A stretch of DNA of 43,761 nucleotides, from NCBI GenBank assembly GCA_964641635.1, contig CAZXMD010000001.1:1-43761 (forward strand). Direction: 5' to 3'. Source of the DNA: an uncultured Candidatus Finniella sp. Its GTDB lineage: Bacteria > Pseudomonadota > Alphaproteobacteria > Paracaedibacterales > VGCI01. A program made the translations under genes and the position numbers. The notes under the pieces are model-generated. The model saw only the letters and a program-made list of their open reading frames with translations, made no database searches and had not been told where the DNA came from. This document shows, one piece after another, positions 36,485-43,761 of the stretch. Numbering within the stretch: the stretch's first letter is position 1; each line of letters starts with the position of its first letter.

Positions 36485-37329
36485 GAGTTCTATTGCAAAG
36501 TTGAAAGATTTTGCTAGAGTTCTCCCTATTAATCTTAAGAAGGGGCCGTTATATGCAACCACAAGACTTCAAGTGCAGACAATTCCTATCAACCATAATC
36601 CTTCAATGCATGAGATGGTACTTGAGGTATCACACCAGTTATAGGAATTTGGAAGAGATGATGATTGAGCGAGGGGTTGAGGTAGACCACACAACTGTTT
36701 ATCGTTGGGTCCAACAATATGCCCCTGAATTTGAAAAGAGAATTAGATGGTATACAAGGGGTCGGGCAGCCTCTTAGAGAGTAGACGAGACTTATATCAA
36801 GGTCAAAGGCAAATGGAAGTATCTCTATAGAGCCGTTGACAAACATGGTAACACCCTAGATTTTATGCTTTTCTCCAAGCGTAATTATACCTCTGCCCTA
36901 CGCTTCTTCAGGCAAGTCTTAGCTTCAACAAGACAAGCACCGGAAAAGATTACGACTGACAAGCACTCCCCTTATAATAGGGCTCTTAACAAGTTAAAGC
37001 AGAAAGGAGAGATAAAGGTAGATCTCGAACACCGACAACAAAAATACCTGAACAACATTATTAAGCAGGATCACAGACGTATAAAACGTATAGTAATGCC
37101 TATGATGGGTTTTAAAAGCTTGAACACTGCTAAGCGAACCATCAAGGATATAGAAGCCATGGCTATGATGACTAAGCAACAATGCGACATGTATGCAAGA
37201 ACTACCCCAAAACAGGTAAGATTTGTGAACCGCTTATTTCATATTTATACCTGAATTATGTCTAAAATTTGAAAAATCTTTAATCTCCCAGAGAATTTTA
37301 CCCGGCGCAAATAGTTGCAACACAACCCC
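36485..37329 (+). mobile_element. IS6-family insertion sequence (inactivated)
   Basis: ~845 bp unit with a single transposase frame. The imperfect terminal inverted repeats are GTTCTATTGCAAAG (36487..36500) and the reverse complement of 37313..37326, GTTGTGTTGCAACT (10/14 identical, both containing TTGCAA). The exact ends are uncertain, and no flanking 8-bp direct repeat was seen. Confidence 0.6.
36553..37254 (+). pseudogene. IS6-family transposase with single in-frame TAG (36775..36777)
   Basis: MQPQDFKCRQFLSTIILQCMRWYLRYHTSYRNLEEMMIERGVEVDHTTVYRWVQQYAPEF...RGRAAS then TAG, then RVDETYIKVKGKWKYLYRAVDKHGNTLDFMLFSKR...TTDKHSPYNRAL...KYLNNIIKQDHRRIKR. Both track ORFs (36511.. and 36865..) are in the same frame. 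The TAG sits where family members have the Trp of the conserved S-W-R-V-DETY motif. Confidence 0.85.
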
Positions 37330-37808
37330 TATAAGAAGGAATTTGCAATACGCCCATTACCTGGCGACTTAAAATTTTGTTTTTTCTCAAGAAATATAAT
37401 TTCTTCTTTCAAATGGCCGCGTGCAGCCTTTAAAAGTCTTTCTTTTAAATGGCGTGATGAACATCCCTGAGAAAAGAAAATATTGAGAAGAGTACTACTT
37501 GATAAATCTGATAGTTGCCAATCATCGCAAACAGCTTGAGGACAATATATTACAGGCTCAAGCTGAAGCGGTAGAGGAATAAATTCGTCTTGATAAAAGT
37601 TATTTTCCTTTATCCAAGCGCGATTTAAATACCACGCGGCTTTCTTCAAATCGTCAACAACGAAATTCTTATGACTTGCTTTTTCTATATACTTAACAGC
37701 ACATGCCAAATGATAACTTAAGTTCCAGTCTTCAATAACGTCAATTGATTGAATTGATTGACCTGTAATATTACGTTTGAGGAAATTAATGTAGGATACG
37801 TTAAGCAT
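37329..37808 (-). CDS. DUF3310-like protein (phage-associated family), apparently with a second degenerate repeat
   Basis: SIDVIEDWNLSYHLACAVKYIEKASHKNFVVDDLKKAAWYLNRAW fits the DUF3310 pattern (ID.I......f..gN.iKY..R...K....dL.KA..Yl). The stop codon (37331..37329) touches the IS6 right end. Confidence 0.6.
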   Translation of the reverse strand: MLNVSYINFLKRNITGQSIQSIDVIEDWNLSYHLACAVKYIEKASHKNFVVDDLKKAAWYLNRAWIKENNFYQDEFIPLPLQLEPVIYCPQAVCDDWQLSDLSSSTLLNIFFSQGCSSRHLKERLLKAARGHLKEEIIFLEKKQNFKSPGNGRIANSFL

Positions 37809-38481
37809 ATTACTCTCTAAAAGTTAAGGTGAATACACCAAACCGTTTTCAACAAAAACATCATGTCAAAGCCTCCCGTTTTAAATAATTTCTTTACTTA
37901 TTATCTTGGACATTTATGCTTTTTTTATTCTTTTTATCCATTGCCACTTGAGGGAGTTATGTTTTCAATCGCAATTTTTATTATTAAAACCAGCCTTAAA
38001 TTCAATATTTTTTCTTGAATCCCACCATAAGAAAAAGATGTTTAGAAGAAAACTTTATTTTTTATACGCATTTAAAGTTTATGGGAGAGTTATTTATGGC
38101 CTTGTTGCATAAATAGGTAAGGATCAGGGTTGAGACTGGGGTTGTTTTAGCTTAATTAGAGGAAAGTACGACCAATTCTCTAGACGCTGCTATTAAAGCA
38201 GCATGAGTATCGAAGAGAGAAAGAACTTTAACAAAGCCAATTTTGCCATCGATTTCTAAATTTTTGTTTTGCATGCTCGAAATAATAAAGCTTTTCCAAT
38301 GTCCAAAAACTTCTTCTTTTGTACGAAACATTGAAAGAAATTTCTCAGCAGCGTCTTATGTTTTCAAATAAACAACGAAAGAAGCGCTATATAACTTGAC
38401 GACATAGTGTGGCCTCCTGTTTATTAGAGTAAGTGCTTGCAAAAAGCTGAAATAAACCGCATCAGGAAGACTATATAAGAA

Positions 38482-39450
38482 ATGCTTAAATTTTATTGCG
38501 ACATAAACAATACATTAGAGGTTGTTTCTTACAAAGAAATAGAAAATGGTTCGCATGAGGCGATATGGATAGATTTATTTAATCCCACAAAACAAGATAA
38601 AAAAACTCTGTACCATTTACTAAGAACAAACCTACCAGATAGAAAAAAAATGGATGAAATTGAAATATCAAATCGATTTTATCAAAAAAACAACAGCATC
38701 TACATTACGGGAAATTTTTTCTCATGTGATCAAAAAATTCAACCTATTACCTTTATATTAATACATAAAATAATTATTACGTTAAGATACGATGATTTTT
38801 CATTTTTTGAATATTTTTTCCTTCTTGAAAAAAACAATACAAGCAAACCATACTCTTATGTAAGGCTCTTTGTGGATTTTTTGGAAGCATCTATCGCACA
38901 AATGGCTGATAAGCTAGAAGAATCAGAACGTTTGATTGATAAAAGCACTCAAACAATCTTTAGATCACACAGCCTAGAAGAAGGAAATCATAAAAAAATT
39001 AATTTTAAAAATATTATCTATGATATTGGAAAAAATGGTGATTTGATTTCTAAAACTAATGAAGCTTTATTAAGTACCAATCGAATTCTGAAGTTTTTCT
39101 TATCTATAAAAAGTTTAAAATTTTCAAAGGATGAGTCTAGAAAATTAAAAATATTACTAAATGACATTGCTCCATTAAGTGATCATGCTGCATTCCTAGC
39201 AAATAAGGTTAATTTTTTACTAGATGCTTCTCTCGGTATAATCAACGTAGAACAAAATAATATCATTAAAATAGTTTCCGTAGCAGCACTGGTGTTTTTT
39301 CCTCCCACCTTAATCGCCAGTATTTATGGTATGAATTTTGCAGTATTTCCTGAATTGCAATGGAGTTTTGGATATCCATTAGCTCTTCTTCTTATGGTTT
39401 TATCGGGATTATTGCCTTATTTATATTTTAAATATAAAGAATGGATTTGA
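38482..39450 (+). CDS. corA: CorA-family magnesium/cobalt transporter
   Basis: 322 aa with a soluble N-domain and two C-terminal TM helices carrying the signature LIASIYGMNF (GMN motif). Ends in a basic FKYKEWI tail. Very AT-rich. Confidence 0.88.
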   Translation: MLKFYCDINNTLEVVSYKEIENGSHEAIWIDLFNPTKQDKKTLYHLLRTNLPDRKKMDEIEISNRFYQKNNSIYITGNFFSCDQKIQPITFILIHKIIITLRYDDFSFFEYFFLLEKNNTSKPYSYVRLFVDFLEASIAQMADKLEESERLIDKSTQTIFRSHSLEEGNHKKINFKNIIYDIGKNGDLISKTNEALLSTNRILKFFLSIKSLKFSKDESRKLKILLNDIAPLSDHAAFLANKVNFLLDASLGIINVEQNNIIKIVSVAALVFFPPTLIASIYGMNFAVFPELQWSFGYPLALLLMVLSGLLPYLYFKYKEWI

Positions 39451-39705
39451 CAAATCAAAAAGATTTAAAAAAACCAAGAAACTCAAAAGCGCATTCATTA
39501 ACCGCAGGGCATCGATAATTCAGCTGCCACCTTAATGCTTGCATCAGCAAATTTTTGCAAATTTTTCAAGCTACCATTAACTCTTAAAATTTAACCAAAT
39601 GCACAAAATGTGTGTTACAAATAAGGATATTGGTTGTGACGTTATCGAGTCACGACAATGTTACCAGAAAAACTAAACTATAATAAATGAAGGAAAATAA
39701 GAATT

Positions 39706-40161
39706 ATGTATTTTAACAACAAAAAACTAAAAATTCTAAGCGCTGCTCTGGTATTGATGAGCTTCAACTATATACCAGCACATGCATCCTCTGCAGGCAC
39801 AATGGAAGCAATCAACAGTGGAACTTCTAATCGCCGCAATATTGTTGGCGTAGAACTTTCTAACCTCACGCCTGCACAAAAAGCAGCCTTGAGCTTCGAT
39901 GGTGAAGGCGTTTATGTAAGCGCAGTTCTGCCAACACATCCGGCAGATGTTGCAGGTGTTCTTGTAGGTGACATCATTACTAAAATTGGTGATTGGGAAG
40001 TTACTGATCTATCCAGTGCACTTGAGAACATGGATGCCTTGGAAGCCGGACAAAAGAGCCTTTTCCAAGTTCATCGTTTGGTAAACGGCAAGCCTGAAAG
40101 CCTTACTCTCAATGTATTAGTTGAAAAAGTTCAAGAAAGAGCGATTGGTAAAATTAGCTAA
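39706..40161 (+). CDS. Secreted single-PDZ-domain protein
   Basis: Signal peptide MYFNNKKLKILSAALVLMSFNYIPAHA. PDZ core GVYVSAVLPTHPADVAGVLVGDIITKIGDWEVTDLSSALENM. AAGGAAA RBS upstream. Confidence 0.8.
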   Translation: MYFNNKKLKILSAALVLMSFNYIPAHASSAGTMEAINSGTSNRRNIVGVELSNLTPAQKAALSFDGEGVYVSAVLPTHPADVAGVLVGDIITKIGDWEVTDLSSALENMDALEAGQKSLFQVHRLVNGKPESLTLNVLVEKVQERAIGKIS

Positions 40162-40180
40162 TTCGAGACGGATAAAAGAA

Positions 40181-40220
40181 CTTCTGCTCCACATAGTAGG
40201 TGGGGCAGAAGCGCTTATTT
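40181..40220 (+). terminator. Rho-independent terminator after the PDZ gene
   Basis: 12-bp stem CTTCTGCTCCAC (40181..40192) / GTGGGGCAGAAG (40200..40211) with one G:U pair and a 7-nt loop, followed by CGCTTATTT. Confidence 0.65.
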
Positions 40221-40385
40221 CATGACGCGCGCCTTGCTTTCACAACAGACAACCAAAACCTTGGAATATACCAAGATCATTCCTCCATTAATTCTTTCAT
40301 AAACAAAGCATTTGCAAGACCCTTCCATTAAGCTCTATAAGCTCCTCAACGGTAAGGTTTTCAATGTCGACTAAATCTCGCAAGC

Positions 40386-40886
40386 TTAATGTACCTCGTT
40401 CGAGCTGCTTTGTTGAAGATACTCTCCCACGCTTTCCAGGGTTGTCTTAATTCTCTTACTTTCTGAAGTCCAATTTGCCGGACACACTTCTCCATTAAGT
40501 TCGACATGTTGTAGAGCTTCAAGCATTCTTATGGTTTCTGCAATATTTCTTCCTAAAGGAAAGTCATTAATGCTTTGGTGCCTGATAACGCTATCTCGAT
40601 CAATAAGGAAGAGACCACGGTAGGCAATACCATCTTCTTCGTTCAAAACGTCATAACTTTTAGCGATTTTACCCCCCACATCAGAAAGGAGGCCATATTC
40701 GATTCCTTTGATTCCTCCCTTTTCTCGTGGAGTTTCCAACCATGCTTTATGTGAAAACTGGCTGTCGGTACTGCAAGCCAGAACAGTGACCCCCAGGCGA
40801 TTAAAATCTTCCAGGTGTTCTTGAAATGCATGAAGTTCGGCAGGACAAACAAAAGTGAAATCGAGAGGGTAGAAAAATTTTATAGA
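40386..40886 (-). pseudogene. 2-Cys peroxiredoxin (AhpC/Prx1 type), 5'-truncated
   Basis: The frame is open from just after TAA (40889..40887): SIKFFYPLDFTFVCPAELHAFQEHLEDFNRLGVTVLACSTDSQFSHKAWLETPREKGGIKGIEYGLLSDV...AYRGLFLIDRDSVIRH...GRNIAETIRMLEALQ...GEVCPANW. Peroxidatic and resolving Cys are present, but the first ~30-35 residues and any ATG/GTG/TTG start upstream of codon L(40739) are missing. Verified by hand translation. Confidence 0.8.
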
Positions 40887-41115
40887 TTAGACCTGAAAGG
40901 TGTGGTCTTCAAAAGCAGATAGAATCGAATGTCTCGCCCTGCTGAGAAGAATAGAAAGTTTTCCAAACAAAATTGAGCTAATTGAATCTATGAATGCCAT
41001 CCCAGTCCCAAAAAAATAATAAACCAGTAGGCGAGCGCTATGTTTCACCGTATACCCTGAGTATACCCGCTAAATTTTCTGATTGTTTGGAAAGCCTTAA
41101 AAGCCTTGCTTTGAT

Positions 41116-41192
<77 letters not shown>

Positions 41193-41360
41193 AGAAAGCG
41201 GTAATCTGAAGTCCTGCCTCAAATCTCGTGTTCAATTATTAAGCTTTTTTGGTGTATGATGCAAGTAAAATATGAGGCGGCTCGCGAATTACTTTTGGAC
41301 GCCCTCTGGACGTCTGAAACACAATATGTCAAAGTCAGGAAAATATAGAAGAGAGTTGTT

Positions 41361-42086
41361 TTGGCACATCCACGTTCAGAAATCATTGAAATTGTCCGGT
41401 TTGACCAGGTGGGACTTCGGTACCCGGGGCGTCAGGTCTTGCAGAATTTAAGCTTTTCTTTGAGGATTGGCTCGTTTCACTTCCTGACGGGCGCAAGCGG
41501 CGCCGGCAAAACTTCCCTGTTAAAGCTCATCTACCGAGGGATTCTCCCTACCCAGGGTACTGTCAGGGTGTTTGGAAAGGACGTGAGCCGGATCAGGGCG
41601 TCAACCCTTCCAATTTTCCGGCAACGCATTGGCCTTGTCTTACAGGATGGGCACTTGTTGCCCCACTTGAGTATTGTTGACAATGTTGCGCTTGCCCTGA
41701 CCATTACAGGGGTAAAACTTAAGCTAGCGAGAGGCCAGGCTGTTGAACTACTTCAATGGGCAGGATTGGGAGATTATTTAAAAAGCAGCCCGGCAATCCT
41801 TTCAGATGGCCAAAAGCAACGGGTCGCCATTGCGCGGGCTGTCATCACCCGTCCTTTAATATTGCTTGCCGATGAACCGACAGGGCACCTAGACCATGAG
41901 GCAGCCTCCCGTCTCGTTCATCTGTTTCAAGAATTAAACAGAATCGGAACGACCATCCTTCTGGCAACCCATAGCCGCACCCTGGTTGCAGAGTTTGGAT
42001 ATCCGGAACTTCACCTGTCCCAAGGGCAACTTGTCGCCAACCACCACAACCCCATTCAACAGACCCGGACAACCTATGCGCAATAA
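41361..42086 (+). CDS. ftsE: Cell-division ABC transporter ATP-binding protein FtsE
   Basis: [11 protein letters not shown]..., Walker [29 protein letters not shown] and Walker [15 protein letters not shown] start at 41361 taken from the track; no in-frame ATG lies nearby. Confidence 0.88.
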   Translation: MAHPRSEIIEIVRFDQVGLRYPGRQVLQNLSFSLRIGSFHFLTGASGAGKTSLLKLIYRGILPTQGTVRVFGKDVSRIRASTLPIFRQRIGLVLQDGHLLPHLSIVDNVALALTITGVKLKLARGQAVELLQWAGLGDYLKSSPAILSDGQKQRVAIARAVITRPLILLADEPTGHLDHEAASRLVHLFQELNRIGTTILLATHSRTLVAEFGYPELHLSQGQLVANHHNPIQQTRTTYAQ

Positions 42087-42963
42087 CCCACAAACCATTG
42101 ATGATATTCCCGTCGGACAAGATGTTGGCAGCCGCTACGTTTGCTGGATCGTCGGCTTGATGGTTTTCCTGTTAAGCCTTGTTTTTGTCGGGGCTATGTC
42201 CCTTTCCACGTCGTTGAACCAGTGGAACCTGGGAGGAGACGGCCGCCTGACCATCGAATTACCATTACACGGCATCCAAAATCCTGAAGCTGTAACGGAA
42301 AATGTCCTGGCGGCCTTACAGAAAATACCCGGTGTAGCGCGCATAAAACTAGTCGATAGCCAGGAGGTTCTGGACTTATTGCAGCCATGGGTTGGACAGG
42401 TTAACCTTCTTCAGGACCTGACCCTTCCTGCCTTGATCGATGTGGACATGAAGCCGAATGCGAAAGCAAATGTGGAAGAAATAACAACAATCTTACGCCA
42501 ATTTGCTCCTGAGATCCGCATTGAAGAACACAGCCATTGGCAGCATATGCTTGAAAAATTGCGTCTGTCTCTTGAAGTGATGGCCTATTTATTTATCAGC
42601 CTTATTGCAGCAACCGTTATTGTAACCATTACCCTGATTACGCGCTCTTCCCTGGCTACCCATGCCAGCATCATTGATGTATTGCGGCTGGTCGGCGCCA
42701 ACAACCGCTACATTGCCCAAAAATTCCAACAGCGCGCTTTCTGGCTCTCCTTAAAAGGAGGAGCCTGGGGGGTCATTGCTGCGCTACCAACGATTTTTTT
42801 CCTGAATTGGCTCAGTTTACAGCTTGGAGTATCGGATGCCTTAAAGCCGACGCTTAATTTATCCCTTTTGCTCATGATTCTCTCTTTACCTTTTATTGTT
42901 GGCGGCATCAGTTTCCTTGCCGCCCGCCTTTCCGTCCTGAGAACCTTAGCACGATTGGGGTGA
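42076..42963 (+). CDS. ftsX: Cell-division permease-like protein FtsX
   Basis: Follows ftsE, with its ATG 42076 inside the ftsE end (ATGCGCAATAA). N-terminal TM, periplasmic domain, then 3 C-terminal TM helices (VLRLVGANNRYIAQKF...). Confidence 0.85.
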   Translation: MRNNPQTIDDIPVGQDVGSRYVCWIVGLMVFLLSLVFVGAMSLSTSLNQWNLGGDGRLTIELPLHGIQNPEAVTENVLAALQKIPGVARIKLVDSQEVLDLLQPWVGQVNLLQDLTLPALIDVDMKPNAKANVEEITTILRQFAPEIRIEEHSHWQHMLEKLRLSLEVMAYLFISLIAATVIVTITLITRSSLATHASIIDVLRLVGANNRYIAQKFQQRAFWLSLKGGAWGVIAALPTIFFLNWLSLQLGVSDALKPTLNLSLLLMILSLPFIVGGISFLAARLSVLRTLARLG

Positions 42964-43592
42964 CCATTTTGTACCTGTTTGCTAGAAGAGTTTTGATCAC
43001 AGTAACCGCCCTTATTCTTTTATGGGTTATGGGACTGGGTGTTTTTATCTTCACGGTTCCAAAAAACGTTGCTGATGAAGAAACAGAAACACAAGCTGTC
43101 GTCGTACTTACCGGAGGCCGCGAACGCTTAAAGACAGGCTTCCGGCTTTTATGTTCAAAACGTGCAGAAATGATTTTTATTTCCGGCGTCCATCCTCAAG
43201 AGACCCTAAAATCTCTCCTCAAGACCTTTGAAGCTTCGGGTATTGTTTGCAGCCAGGACCAGGACAAAATTGCAGCCGTGACCTATCTAGGCTATACCGC
43301 AAAAAACACAAAAGGAAATGCACAGGAAATAGAAACATGGCTGAAACAGATGCCGGTGACCTCTTTCCGGTTGGTAACGGCGGCCTACCACATGCCACGG
43401 AGCCTTCTGGAATTTAACCATCTGCTCCCCCAAGCAACCATCATTCCCCACCCTGTTTTCCCCAAGGGATTCAACCGTTCCCGCTGGTGGCAAGGCGGAA
43501 CGCTTTACCTGATGGTGTCCGAATATAACAAATTTTTATGGGCGTTTGTGCGAATCCACGCACCATTTGTATCCAAAGCAATCGTTTTATGA
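42960..43592 (+). CDS. DUF218 (YdcF/ElyC/SanA-like) domain protein
   Basis: N-terminal TM, then AVVVLTGGRERLKTGFRLL...ISGV...NTKGNAQEIETWL...FRLVTAAYHMPRSLLEF, which is the DUF218 pattern. GTG start overlaps the ftsX stop (GTGA). Confidence 0.78.
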   Translation: MTILYLFARRVLITVTALILLWVMGLGVFIFTVPKNVADEETETQAVVVLTGGRERLKTGFRLLCSKRAEMIFISGVHPQETLKSLLKTFEASGIVCSQDQDKIAAVTYLGYTAKNTKGNAQEIETWLKQMPVTSFRLVTAAYHMPRSLLEFNHLLPQATIIPHPVFPKGFNRSRWWQGGTLYLMVSEYNKFLWAFVRIHAPFVSKAIVL

Positions 43593-43637
43593 TCGCTTGT
43601 TACACCAATGAGCGATCTAAAGCATCATAAATTCCCC

Positions 43638-43735
43638 CTCACCCACCATTGCGCTTACGCTTATGGTGACCTCTCCCACAAGGGGAGAGGTACAAAATAC
43701 AAGCGCGCACCTTACCTCTCCCCTTGTGGGAGAGG
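43638..43735. repeat. REP-like composite palindromic element downstream of the DUF218 gene
   Basis: CTCACCCACCATTGCGCTTACGCTTATGGTGA is related to 27479..27511. It is followed by CCTCTCCCACAAGGGGAGAGG (43670..43690) and its exact reverse complement CCTCTCCCCTTGTGGGAGAGG (43715..43735). Each is itself a hairpin, and together they can form a 23-bp stem (43670..43692 with 43713..43735). Confidence 0.65.
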
Positions 43736-43761
43736 TTCTCTAATTGCCAATCAGTCAAGAA

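Noticed and set aside
18244-36777. Idea that the three in-frame stops (TAA 18244 in the Mic60-like gene, TAG 30782..30784 in IS630, TAG 36775 in IS6) indicate stop-codon reassignment or a suppressor
   Set aside because: TAG and TAA terminate well-defined genes at conserved C-termini here: secF ends with TAG 7824..7826, and serS, surE, tatC and secD end with TAA. No suppressor-like tRNA is present; the two tRNAs are Lys-UUU and fMet-CAU. Independent nonsense mutations in a decaying genome are the simpler reading.
37906-38112. 68-aa plus-strand ORF
   Set aside because: It is F/L/K-rich low-complexity sequence from AT-rich DNA. It has no RBS and no motif.
39636-39653. Palindrome GTGAC-N8-GTCAC and a perfect TATAAT (39677..39682) upstream of the PDZ gene
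   Set aside because: The palindrome arms are only 5 bp, and no acceptable -35 hexamer lies at 16-18 nt from the TATAAT. In AT-rich DNA such matches are expected by chance.
40300-40385. 28-codon TTG-initiated minus-strand frame just after the peroxiredoxin stop (LRDLVDIENLTVEELIELNGRV...), faintly reminiscent of small DUF1192-type proteins
   Set aside because: It is too short, truncated by a stop, and the resemblance rests on a D-x3-L-[ST]-V-x-EL pattern only.

Overview
This 43.8-kb chromosomal segment reads like an alphaproteobacterium, probably host-associated (inference from gene order, pseudogenes and secreted low-complexity proteins). All family calls come from motif recognition by eye, not from searches.

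Two kinds of DNA alternate.

(1) Conserved housekeeping blocks, mostly on the + strand:
- tatA-tatB-tatC-serS-surE-LysM/M23 lipoprotein-yajC-secD-secF (0.6-7.8 kb)
- RNase P RNA (14.46-14.89 kb)
- hemC-hemD-[HemX/Mic60-slot gene split by one in-frame TAA]-hemY-like (16.1-20.0 kb)
- a GAF-GGDEF cyclase, an AsmA-family protein, a low-affinity iron permease family protein, mtaB-ftsY and amn
- ftsE-ftsX-DUF218 (41.4-43.6 kb)

(2) Accessory stretches:
- A tandem APH-like kinase fusion plus a secreted protein, directly behind tRNA-Lys.
- An RMD1/DUF155 homologue.
- Four signal-peptide proteins with charged or Pro-rich low-complexity regions. Three of them also carry Cx3C-type cysteine patterns, and two of those share an identical 6-Cys spacing.
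- An ~11-kb island (30.2-41.2 kb), partly very AT-rich, ending at tRNA-fMet. It holds dead IS630 and IS6 copies and ldhA and peroxiredoxin fragments. It also holds intact genes: an XRE-HTH::receiver regulator, a 1324-aa CheB-CheR-PAS-histidine kinase, a duplicated DUF3310 protein, CorA and a secreted PDZ protein.

I saw no CRISPR array, rRNA, integrase or recognisable defence operon. The best candidate for an uncharacterised system is the XRE::REC + CheB/CheR-kinase pair.
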